The notes beneath the pieces were generated by a model. It saw only the letters and a list, made by a program, of their open reading frames with translations. It ran no database searches and was not told the DNA's origin. The position numbers and the translations under genes were made by a program. From an uncultured Candidatus Saccharibacteria bacterium (GTDB lineage: Bacteria > Patescibacteriota > Saccharimonadia > CAILAD01 > GCA-016700035), in assembly GCA_964646575.1 (NCBI GenBank), contig CAZYFT010000001.1, forward strand, positions 8,118 to 72,117: 64,000 nucleotides of DNA, written 5' to 3'. The first letter of the stretch is position 1. Each line of letters begins with the position of its first letter. Of the stretch, positions 54,562 to 63,434 are shown in pieces.

Positions 54562-57383
54562 AAATAGCAATTGCTACACTTAATCGATACTTGAAAAAGC
54601 CACGATCAACCGACGAAATCGTGGAGCTTATGGCGCGCACAGAAATTGAGGTAGAGGAAATTATTCGCTCGGATAGTTTGGATGCAAAGATTATTTTAGT
54701 GAAGACTGTTGAAGTTGAACCGCATCCCAATGCCGATCGACTTCGCCTTGTGACGGTAACAAATGGCACAGATAAGATTAGGGTTGTGTGCGGAGCGCCA
54801 AATGTTACGGTTGGTCAGCGCGTTGGTTTGGTGCAGCCGGGTGCAAAATTGCCAGACGGAACAAAGATTGGTGTATCGAAGATCCGCGGCGAGGTTTCGC
54901 ATGGCATGCTCGCAAGTGCTCAGGAGCTTGGCTTGAGCGATGATCATTCTGGCATCTTTGTTTTTGAAGAAGACTCACATAGGCTCGGTACATCATTGTG
55001 CGACATTGTGTTTTTCGGGGATGTGCTAGACATAAAGACACCTGCAAATAGATGGGATTACCTAAGTGGGGTAGGGCTAGCGCGCGAATTGGCCGCCCAT
55101 GATGAAGGGCAGGGGGTAGTGGAGCCCGCAGTTGGCGAGTATTCATATAAAAACACCGACTACGTAAATGTCAAGGCGAGGGAAGAGAATAGACGGTTTG
55201 TTTCGGCGAAACTCAGAGTTAAGAATGATGTAAAAAGTCCTGCATGGCTTGTGGATAACTTGGCGGCGAATGGAATCGCCACTCATAATCCAGTTGTTGA
55301 TATTACAAACTTTGTGATGCTTGAACTTGGTCAGCCGAGTCACGCCTATGATGCTACAGCATTGACTGGCCCACTCGAGGTTCGCTATGCCGAGAAAGGT
55401 GAAAAAATTACCACACTCGATGATGAGACGCGTGAATTAACCGAGCAGGATCTTGTTGTATGCGATGCAACTGGTCCGGTTGGCTTGGCTGGCGTAATGG
55501 GCGGAGCTTCTAGCCAAATTGGGATAGAAACTACCGAAATTGTACTTGAGGCTGCACACTGGGATAAGTCGTGCATCCGCAAGACTGCTGTGCGACACGG
55601 TTTGCGCACGGAAGCTTCGTCTCGGTTTGAGCGCCCTATCCCACTCCCCTTGCCACAAAAAGCTTTTTCAAGACTCTTAGATTTGCTCACAGAAATTTGT
55701 GAAGCTGAAATTATTGAAGGACCGTATGATCAGCTGCATGGCTGGCCGTGGCAACAATTTTTGGGCGTTCGAGTTCGTCAAGCCGAACGGTTTTTGGGGA
55801 TTACTCTGGATGAGAAGCAGGTTGTTAAGGACCTAAAGAAGCTAGGATTTTCGGTTGAGCACTTCTCTATCACTAAAGAGCTGAGAAGCCATGTCGGAAA
55901 ACCATATCGTTGGGGTGCGAATTTTCGTCAAGATGGCGAGGAGGCCTTTGATTGCTCATATCTGGTGGATCGCATCTATTCTAAGCTTGGTATTTTTGTT
56001 GGTCATACGGCCTTGGGGCAAATTCATACAGGTCGACCAGTTGAAGCAAACGAGCTCAAGCCTGGAGATGTGTTGTTTTATGAGGGGAAAATTGAGAAAT
56101 CTGTAACTGATCATTATTATTTAATGAATCCTGATGGCACTAAGACCAGATACGATCTGGAGAAGCCAGAAAAAGTTGGACATAACGGCATTTATCTAGG
56201 CGGTGGCCAAGTGGTTCAGGCAGCGCAGTATAAATACCAGCAGGGCGAATGGGTGCGTCGCGATGAGGGCGGTGTGATCATCTCCCCCGTTGAGGAATTT
56301 ATCGAGAACCCCGGCTATCTGGGTGCGCGGCGTTATGTTGAAAGTTTCAATCATATTCTGGCGGTAGAAGTCCCCTGGTGGCGCAGTGACATTCGCTTAG
56401 AGGCGGATATGTTTGAGGAGATTGCCAAGTTGGTTGGATACGACAAGATGTCCGAGACATTGCCTGATATCGCGCCGATGCCGGATTCTAGCCAGTCGCC
56501 ACTAGTTGCAATGCGTGAATTGCGCCGGCGGTTGAGACATATTGGAGGCACCGATGTCGCAACATACAGCTTCATATCAGAGACCGACGCCAAAGCCTCT
56601 AAGTTAGCCATCGATAGTTTGCCTACGGTAGCTAATCCACGCTCCCCTGAACAGAAATATTTGCGGTCTGATCTACTGGCAAGTCATCTGACGATGTGGC
56701 AAAAGAATAGCGTATCTAAGACTGGTCAGGTGGCCTTTGAGCTTTCTAGGGTTTTTGATGGCTCGGGCAGAGACGGCAAGCTACCTAAAGAAAAATGGGT
56801 GTTGGCAATAAGTACTCATGGATCGGACTCTTTGAGTCAATTGCAGGCGTACGTACACCATTTCCTGGCTGGCCTACATGTACAGGCAAAGTTTCAAGTT
56901 GATGAGCGTGCTGATGACAGGTTGGTGCCTCAGCGATCGGCACAGCTGATGGTCGGTGGTGCTAAGCTTGGTGTAATTGGTCAAGTAAGTACTCCTATCT
57001 GGAAGCAGTTCGGCCTCACTCAACCTGCTAGTTATTCACTTCTTGATATTAAGGTGCTTTTGGAGGTCATCGCTACACCACGAGTAAAAACACTCCCAGA
57101 TTATCAGTTGGTACAGCGAGATATGAGCCTAGAAATGAGCGAGGTAACGAGCTGGCAGTCAATTACAGAAGTTGCACTTGAGCAGGCTGGACTCGTAAGC
57201 TGGGAATATCTATCCAGTTACCGCGATGCTGAACTTGAGCAGGCTGGACGAAAGGTAATCACGATAAAGGTAAGATTTGATCTTGGCCCGCGCCCAGAGG
57301 CAAGTGAGATTACGCGTATAGAAACAGACTTGGTGGCTGCATTGCAGTCTGTCTGTCCGTCGGCCGAGTTAGTGGTTCGGTAA
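54558..57383 (+). CDS. pheT: Phenylalanyl-tRNA synthetase beta subunit. Carries a ~160-aa NlpC/P60-type cysteine peptidase domain inserted within the B5 domain (residues ~441-598).
   Basis: PheT modules are all present: tRNA-binding domain (EPHPNADRLRLVTV), B3/4 (ATHNPVVDITNFVMLELGQPSHAYDA), B5 (VPWWRSDIRLEADMFEEIAKLVGYDKM), and FDX-ACB C-terminus. The protein is 941 aa versus ~800 aa typical. The insert carries DCSYLVDRIY...GDVLFYEG...GHNGIYLGGGQVVQA (NlpC/P60 Cys-His-His). Confidence 0.9.
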   Translation: MKIAIATLNRYLKKPRSTDEIVELMARTEIEVEEIIRSDSLDAKIILVKTVEVEPHPNADRLRLVTVTNGTDKIRVVCGAPNVTVGQRVGLVQPGAKLPDGTKIGVSKIRGEVSHGMLASAQELGLSDDHSGIFVFEEDSHRLGTSLCDIVFFGDVLDIKTPANRWDYLSGVGLARELAAHDEGQGVVEPAVGEYSYKNTDYVNVKAREENRRFVSAKLRVKNDVKSPAWLVDNLAANGIATHNPVVDITNFVMLELGQPSHAYDATALTGPLEVRYAEKGEKITTLDDETRELTEQDLVVCDATGPVGLAGVMGGASSQIGIETTEIVLEAAHWDKSCIRKTAVRHGLRTEASSRFERPIPLPLPQKAFSRLLDLLTEICEAEIIEGPYDQLHGWPWQQFLGVRVRQAERFLGITLDEKQVVKDLKKLGFSVEHFSITKELRSHVGKPYRWGANFRQDGEEAFDCSYLVDRIYSKLGIFVGHTALGQIHTGRPVEANELKPGDVLFYEGKIEKSVTDHYYLMNPDGTKTRYDLEKPEKVGHNGIYLGGGQVVQAAQYKYQQGEWVRRDEGGVIISPVEEFIENPGYLGARRYVESFNHILAVEVPWWRSDIRLEADMFEEIAKLVGYDKMSETLPDIAPMPDSSQSPLVAMRELRRRLRHIGGTDVATYSFISETDAKASKLAIDSLPTVANPRSPEQKYLRSDLLASHLTMWQKNSVSKTGQVAFELSRVFDGSGRDGKLPKEKWVLAISTHGSDSLSQLQAYVHHFLAGLHVQAKFQVDERADDRLVPQRSAQLMVGGAKLGVIGQVSTPIWKQFGLTQPASYSLLDIKVLLEVIATPRVKTLPDYQLVQRDMSLEMSEVTSWQSITEVALEQAGLVSWEYLSSYRDAELEQAGRKVITIKVRFDLGPRPEASEITRIETDLVAALQSVCPSAELVVR

Positions 57384-57511
57384 TATTCCCTAAAATCTTC
57401 GAGAAAAAAAGTGACTTTTGGTGCTGCGAGGTATGCTATGATGAGTGCAAGATAAGCACAAGAGGTTTTGTATCATCATGGAGTTGATGCTGAGCTCTAA
57501 CCAAGAGTTGT

Positions 57512-58942
57512 ATGCCTGAGGGAACAAAAAAACAAGTAGTACGCACTAAGCATTGGTTTTTGGTGCTTTTGCCATTATTTTTGCTCTTGCTGGCCAACGC
57601 GATGGCGGCGGCCTATGTAGAAGGCGTGATTTACCCTGGAGTCAAAGTAGCTGGCCAGGATGTTTCGGGTCTCACGCGCCAGCAGGCAGTTTCGCTGTTG
57701 CAGTCAAAGCCGCTGGGTAAACAAGTAAAGCTCACAGTTGCTGGCCAAGAATTTGTGGCGAGCAATGAAACAATTGGCGCGAGTTATGACGTACCAGCCA
57801 CGGTCGAGCTCGCCTACCAAAGCGGTCGCCAACATAAGCTACCGCTTGTTGGGGTTATCGATTCTATGCGTCAATCCGGTGACCTTGGTTACGCCTTTGA
57901 GCTTGATTATCGTAAGTTGAGCGCATTTACGAATCAGGTAGTTGAAAAGGTTGGGCAGCCAGCTAAGAATGCTGCACTAATTGTGCAAAACGGACAGGTG
58001 GTGGTGCAGCCGGATAGTGATGGGCTAGGTCTAGATAAGACCGAAGTTACACAGCTAGTTTCAAGTGCCCTTGCTGAAGCTCAAGATGGTGAGTTCTCGC
58101 TCGAGACAAAGCCAGTCGAAGCGCCTATTCAGGCGGCAGCCGTCGAGCCCGCAAAAATAGAAGCTGAGACATTGCTTACTCGCACTATTAAGCTCACCTA
58201 CAGTGGTCGCGTGTTTCAGCCGAGTGCAGTAAACATTGGCTATTGGGTAACGGCGAACCCAGATGATGAGGTAAATCCAAGCAAGTTACAGGTAGGCTTA
58301 TCTGAAGCTCAGATTAAGGGTTACGTGCAGTCGGTTGCCAACGAGATTGATAAGGCGCCAGTGAATAAAAAAGTTGTCGTAAAAAATGGCACCTCAACCG
58401 TGGAGCGTGAGGGTCAGGATGGTTTAGCCCTCAACCAAGATGTGGCGGCAGCAGAAATACTTCGAGCAATGCAAGAAGGTCGGGATGCTGAAATTGCATT
58501 GCAGACGAGCAGCGTGCCATTTAAGACTGAAACGATTAGAACAACGAGTCTAGATTCGCCAAAGTACATTGAAGTAAATCTTTCTCGGCAGTATATGTGG
58601 GCATATGAAAATGGTCAGGTTGTACATTCGGCACCAATTACCAGCGGGGCGACTGGTGCGGGGCTCGGCACTGTTACTGGGCTATTCGCAATCTACTCGA
58701 AGCGTACGAATACGTATCTCAATGGCTCTCAGTATGGCTATGATTACAACGTGTTTGTAAATTACTGGATGCCCTTCCATAAGGGCTTTGGATTGCATGA
58801 TGCGAGCTGGCGCAATGGTCGTTTTGGTGGTCAGGATTATTACTATAACGGCTCGCATGGTTGTGTAAATCTACCGGCGGGAACCGCGGCGTTTATCTAC
58901 GGGTGGTCGGATATAGGCACGCCAGTGTGGGTGCATAATTAG
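57512..58942 (+). CDS. L,D-transpeptidase (YkuD domain) with an N-terminal signal anchor and a VanW/PG-binding-like region.
   Basis: C-terminal catalytic SHGCVNL with FHKGFGLHDASWR. N-terminal TM WFLVLLPLFLLLLANAMAAA. Confidence 0.8.
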   Translation: MPEGTKKQVVRTKHWFLVLLPLFLLLLANAMAAAYVEGVIYPGVKVAGQDVSGLTRQQAVSLLQSKPLGKQVKLTVAGQEFVASNETIGASYDVPATVELAYQSGRQHKLPLVGVIDSMRQSGDLGYAFELDYRKLSAFTNQVVEKVGQPAKNAALIVQNGQVVVQPDSDGLGLDKTEVTQLVSSALAEAQDGEFSLETKPVEAPIQAAAVEPAKIEAETLLTRTIKLTYSGRVFQPSAVNIGYWVTANPDDEVNPSKLQVGLSEAQIKGYVQSVANEIDKAPVNKKVVVKNGTSTVEREGQDGLALNQDVAAAEILRAMQEGRDAEIALQTSSVPFKTETIRTTSLDSPKYIEVNLSRQYMWAYENGQVVHSAPITSGATGAGLGTVTGLFAIYSKRTNTYLNGSQYGYDYNVFVNYWMPFHKGFGLHDASWRNGRFGGQDYYYNGSHGCVNLPAGTAAFIYGWSDIGTPVWVHN

Positions 58943-58999
58943 CGAGAAGCGTTTTGCTCGGTGCAGAGGTAGGTAAAAACCTCTATAATCATAAGTAGT

Positions 59000-59329
59000 A
59001 TGAATGAAACTCAAAAATCTCAGGTTCAAACAGGTCGGGTGCAGGTAATCAGCAACCCTTTTCCTGAATCTACGTCGCACAATATTGAGTCGCCACCAGT
59101 TGCGGAGCATGATCAAGCTAAGGCACAGCCAGATGCGGCGAATGCGAATTCCTCCACTTCCCCATCGGCAGCCGCAGATAGCGACTTAATAGAGAAAACC
59201 TGGATAAGCGCTGTGGATAAAATTTCTCGTGATCATGGAGACGACCCGTTTACGTTGCAGCAAAAACAGGCTGAACTTACGCGTGATTATCTGAAAAAGC
59301 GGTTTGGTCGGGAGATAAAAGCATCGTGA
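59000..59329 (+). CDS. Small acidic, low-complexity protein. Translationally coupled (GTGA overlap) to the downstream ATPase.
   Basis: ORF with a disordered Ser/Ala/Pro-rich middle and a conserved-looking C-terminus. No motif. Confidence 0.3.
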   Translation: MNETQKSQVQTGRVQVISNPFPESTSHNIESPPVAEHDQAKAQPDAANANSSTSPSAAADSDLIEKTWISAVDKISRDHGDDPFTLQQKQAELTRDYLKKRFGREIKAS

Positions 59330-61818
59330 ATGCAGTGATGGTGCTGGCGACATTTTTGGTATTGGCATTTATTGCCGTTGCAGCAATTGGCGCGGCATTA
59401 TTTGCACGACGTTCGCAGCACGCGAAAGATATTGAGCGCGGCTTAAAAATGGTCCCATTACTACTTAAGCTCCCCCCTGCCGAGGAGGATGAGAGTCAAC
59501 GTGATGATCGTGAAAAAATTAAAGAGAATATTTCTAAAGCCGAGGGAATATTTACGTTACTATCGGGGCTCGCAACAAAGCGTAAGCTCTATTCGCAGCG
59601 ACATATTGCGTTTGAAATTGTGGCCCGTGGCGAGCAGATATATTTTTATGTAGGTGTTCCCGCGGCCTTGACGAGCGCTGTGGAGAAGGCGTTAGTCTCG
59701 GCTTACCCCACTATTCAGATCGAGCAAGCGTCTGAGCATAATATCTTCAGTCAACAGGGCAAACTAGCAGGAGTGGTTGGGGGTGAGCTAAATTTGACTC
59801 AAAAAAATATCTACCCAGTGCAAACCTATAAGACACTCGAGTTTGACCCTATGAGCGGCATGATTGCTTCGTTGTCGAAGCTGACACAAGATGAAGGTGC
59901 TGCAATTCAGATAATGGTTCGTCCAGCTCCTGCTAAGTGGGCGAAGGGTGCCCGTGAGTATGCGAAGGGGCTACTCAATCCCCAGAGAGCCAAATCGAAC
60001 GATCCGATGCACATCGCAACACAAATAGCTAAGGCGCCATTTTCAACACCAGATTGGCAGGCTAAAGAGCAGATGCATGATCCGACTAAGCAGGCCGATA
60101 CTATTGATCAAAAGCAGGCTCAAGCAATCGAAGAAAAGGCCAGTGAACCGGCCTTTGAGACATTAGTGCGGGTTTTGGCGAGTTCGAGCGATCAGGCCCG
60201 CAGCCAGCTTGTTGTTCAGGATATCGTCAACGGTTTTGCGCAGTTTAATCAGCCGGGTAGTAATGGTTTTGTATATGCGCCGGCCAACACACCGCGGGAG
60301 TTAGCGCATGATTTTATATTTCGAATTTTCCCCAGGAATCGTAAGGGCGTTATATTAAACTCTACTGAGCTTGCCACGATCTTTCATTTGCCAGACGTCG
60401 CAGCCGAGATTGGAACTCCCCTGGAGCGCAAAGGCCGGCGCGAGGTTTCAGCTCCAGCCGAGTTACCAAGCCAGGGCGTCGTGATTGGCTCAAACTTCTT
60501 TCAGGGTAAGGAAAAAGTTGTGCGGCTTTCTGATGAGGATCGTAAGCGCCACATGTATATCATTGGGCAAACTGGTACTGGTAAGTCAGTGACGCTAGAA
60601 GATCTTATTGTGCAAGATATGGCGCTTGGCAAGGGGCTGTGTGTGATCGATCCGCACGGTGAGCTAGCTGATGCGGTGCTCGCTAAGGTACCGCGGAGCA
60701 GAATTGATGATGTGATTTACTTTAATCCGGCAGACCTAGCTGTGCCTCTTGGTCTAAATATTATGGAGTTTGATCCTGAGCATCCAGAGCAGAAAGACTT
60801 CATCATTCAAGAAGTAATTAACATGCTCTATAAGCTGTACGACCCAGATAAGCAGGGAATTATTGGACCCCGCTTTGAGCATTGGTTCCGCATGGCGTCG
60901 CTGACAATTATGTCCGACCCTCAGGGAGCGACATTCCTAGAGGTGCCAAAGCCGTTTGTAGATGATGAGTATCTGAAAGAGAAATTTAAGCATGTGAAAG
61001 ATACGACTGTGCAGGATTTTTGGATAAATGAGATGGGTCAGACTTCGGATTACCACAAGAGTGAGATGCTTGGTTGGTTTGTGTCCAAGTGGGGTGCGTT
61101 CCAGTCTAACGAAGTGATGCGCAATATTATCGGGCAACATAAGAGCGCTTTTAATTTTACTGAAATCATGGACTCAAATAAGATTTTGATTGTGAATCTC
61201 TCAAAGGGACAAACAGGTACAGAAAATTCGCGTCTTTTGGGCATGATTTTTGTGATCAAGCTCCTAGCGGCTGCACTTGCTCGATCTGGTCGCGAGAAAA
61301 GTCAGATGCCGCAGTTTACGCTCTATGTAGACGAGTTCCAAAACTTCTCGACGGACAGTTTTGCGACTATCCTCTCCGAAGCCCGTAAATACAACCTGTG
61401 TCTCGTGGTTGCCAACCAGTTTATAGGACAGCTGTCTGAAGAAATCAAAGGCGCGGTGTTTGGTAATGTTGGAACACTGTTTACGTTTCGCTGCGGGCCT
61501 GAAGATGCCGAGTTTTTGGAGAAGCAATTTGAGCCAAGCTTTGATCGCAATGATTTGGTCAATATCCCGAACTTACAAGGTGCCATTAAGCTGATGGCCA
61601 ATGGCCTGCCAACAGTGCCGTTTACGATCCATCCGGTGTTTCCGCCGGTAGGCAAGGCAAATGTAGAAGTTGCGATGCAACTTAAGGAACTGACGCGCAA
61701 GCGGTTTGGTCGTCCAAAAGCCGAAGTTGAAGAAGAAGTCCGCCAGCAATTGCGTACGCGCGATGGTGAAACGAGCACCGCTGCCGAAAAGAAGCCAGCT
61801 CCAGCCCCTGTTGGTTAG
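59326..61818 (+). CDS. Membrane-anchored T4SS-type P-loop ATPase (VirB4/TraC- or VirD4/TraD-like; DUF87/AAA_10-like).
   Basis: N-terminal TM. Walker A IIGQTGTGKSVTL followed by VIDPHGELAD. Walker B/TraM-recognition-like FTLYVDEFQNFS...ARKYNLCLVVANQFIGQL. 830 aa. Confidence 0.6.
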   Translation: MNAVMVLATFLVLAFIAVAAIGAALFARRSQHAKDIERGLKMVPLLLKLPPAEEDESQRDDREKIKENISKAEGIFTLLSGLATKRKLYSQRHIAFEIVARGEQIYFYVGVPAALTSAVEKALVSAYPTIQIEQASEHNIFSQQGKLAGVVGGELNLTQKNIYPVQTYKTLEFDPMSGMIASLSKLTQDEGAAIQIMVRPAPAKWAKGAREYAKGLLNPQRAKSNDPMHIATQIAKAPFSTPDWQAKEQMHDPTKQADTIDQKQAQAIEEKASEPAFETLVRVLASSSDQARSQLVVQDIVNGFAQFNQPGSNGFVYAPANTPRELAHDFIFRIFPRNRKGVILNSTELATIFHLPDVAAEIGTPLERKGRREVSAPAELPSQGVVIGSNFFQGKEKVVRLSDEDRKRHMYIIGQTGTGKSVTLEDLIVQDMALGKGLCVIDPHGELADAVLAKVPRSRIDDVIYFNPADLAVPLGLNIMEFDPEHPEQKDFIIQEVINMLYKLYDPDKQGIIGPRFEHWFRMASLTIMSDPQGATFLEVPKPFVDDEYLKEKFKHVKDTTVQDFWINEMGQTSDYHKSEMLGWFVSKWGAFQSNEVMRNIIGQHKSAFNFTEIMDSNKILIVNLSKGQTGTENSRLLGMIFVIKLLAAALARSGREKSQMPQFTLYVDEFQNFSTDSFATILSEARKYNLCLVVANQFIGQLSEEIKGAVFGNVGTLFTFRCGPEDAEFLEKQFEPSFDRNDLVNIPNLQGAIKLMANGLPTVPFTIHPVFPPVGKANVEVAMQLKELTRKRFGRPKAEVEEEVRQQLRTRDGETSTAAEKKPAPAPVG

Positions 61819-61880
61819 TTGTCAGAACTTGGTTGACGGGCTACAATCTTAAGTAACATAACAGGTAAGGGTGAAAAATA

Positions 61881-63434
61881 ATGCTGTTTCGCGACGTAGT
61901 CTCAAATATTTCGCTTGGTAGAGAAAGCAAAAATGTACTTGGCTTTTACATTAAACGAATTGCCGATGAGCAGTCGACGCGTGTCATCACGGCCGTATTG
62001 GCGCTCATCATGGTCGCTTTTCAGTCGGTGACATTTATTGCGCCACCAAAAATATCAGAAGCCAGTTCGGGTTCGTCAAACGATATACTCTACGGTGGGT
62101 ATAGTTCCAAAAATGATTTGTTGCGTAAGTTTGATTCTAACCCGGAGCTAAGGGCGATATACACCCGGGTTGGTATTGGACGTGATGAAATTGTTCGGGC
62201 GACCAACAGTCGTGTGAATTCATCGTGGGATGTGTGGTCGATGGGGCGAAGGCGTCATGGCGAGCAGAATGTCCAGCTCGATATTCCAGGTGCGCACACT
62301 GCTATTTATTTGCGGCCACTGAGGGTGTGGGGCAATAATAAATGGTTCTCTGGCCTGGAGGGCAAGACGGCTGCCGGGAAGCAGTTTTGGATACTCTATG
62401 ATTGTGGTAACCCAGTGTTTGCTGCTAACACTCCAGGCGAGAAGGTGCCAGCACCATCAACGCCACCTCCACCTCCTCCTCCGCCACCACCTCCACCAAC
62501 TACTCCCCCGCCACCGCCAGCCATAAGCTACGCCTGTCAGAGCTTGGCCGCCTACATAGACACGGCCAATAGCGGCAAGAATCCGCCACTCAAAGTAACC
62601 TTTGCTGGCGTTGCACAAATTGCCAATACTAAACTGAAGAACTACATTTTCGATTTTGGAGACGGAGAACGGATCTCAACTGATAAATCTCAAGTTGAAC
62701 ACACCTATAAAAAGTCAGGAACATATGTTGCTCGCTTGAGGATTGAAACTGCCGCAGGTACAACCAATAACTCAACCGCTTGCTCGCAAACAATTCGTGT
62801 TGTGGATGCCAAACTAACTTACAATAAGCAAGCAGTTAATCTGTCTATTAAGGACAAAAGCGGCAACCCAATACAGGCCAGCGGCACTACGGCTCAGGCT
62901 GGTAACGAAATTCGCTACAGTATCTCGGCGACCAATACAGGTACGGGTATTATTTCTGGGTTTGTATTCGAAGAAGCTATCGCCGATATCCTAGAATACG
63001 CTGACGTGCAGGATTTAGGTGGGGCTCAGCTAATTGAGAAGCCAATTCCGGGACAAGAAGACAAGCTAGTGGAGCGTACATTAGTGTGGGGTAAGGTAGA
63101 CATTAAAGGTGGTGAGACGGTTACCAAGCAGTTTGTAGTTCGGGTAAAAAACCCTATCCCTACCACGCCAACTGGCGTGAGTGATCCAAGCTCTTACGAC
63201 CTCAAAATAGAAAATATATTCTTTAACAACCGAGTCGAAATTCTGTTAGAGCAGCCACCTGTGAAGAGAGTCGAGGAAGTTGCTCAGACGCTGCCGCAAA
63301 CTGGTGTCGGATTGGCAACCACCAGCATGGCATTCTTTACGAGTGGTATGGTGTTCATCTTACTGCGTAATCGATTGATTAAGCGCGAGCTTGAAATTAT
63401 CGCTGTGACTGATCAAGGAGGCACCCATGGCTGA
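61881..63434 (+). CDS. Surface protein with an N-terminal signal anchor, a poly-Pro linker, a PKD domain, a DUF11-like repeat and a C-terminal LPXTG-type sorting signal.
   Basis: PKD motif FDFGDGE...HTYKKSGTYVARL. Linker PPPPPPPPPPPPTTPPPPP. C-terminal LPQTG is followed by a hydrophobic stretch and RNRLIKRE. Confidence 0.6.
   Translation: MLFRDVVSNISLGRESKNVLGFYIKRIADEQSTRVITAVLALIMVAFQSVTFIAPPKISEASSGSSNDILYGGYSSKNDLLRKFDSNPELRAIYTRVGIGRDEIVRATNSRVNSSWDVWSMGRRRHGEQNVQLDIPGAHTAIYLRPLRVWGNNKWFSGLEGKTAAGKQFWILYDCGNPVFAANTPGEKVPAPSTPPPPPPPPPPPPTTPPPPPAISYACQSLAAYIDTANSGKNPPLKVTFAGVAQIANTKLKNYIFDFGDGERISTDKSQVEHTYKKSGTYVARLRIETAAGTTNNSTACSQTIRVVDAKLTYNKQAVNLSIKDKSGNPIQASGTTAQAGNEIRYSISATNTGTGIISGFVFEEAIADILEYADVQDLGGAQLIEKPIPGQEDKLVERTLVWGKVDIKGGETVTKQFVVRVKNPIPTTPTGVSDPSSYDLKIENIFFNNRVEILLEQPPVKRVEEVAQTLPQTGVGLATTSMAFFTSGMVFILLRNRLIKRELEIIAVTDQGGTHG

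Noticed and set aside
62455-62525. Poly-proline-coding repeat (cca cct cca cct cct cct ccg cca cca cct cca cca).
   Set aside because: It is an in-frame Pro-rich linker within the LPXTG/PKD surface protein. A simple coding low-complexity tract, not a regulatory or CRISPR-type repeat.
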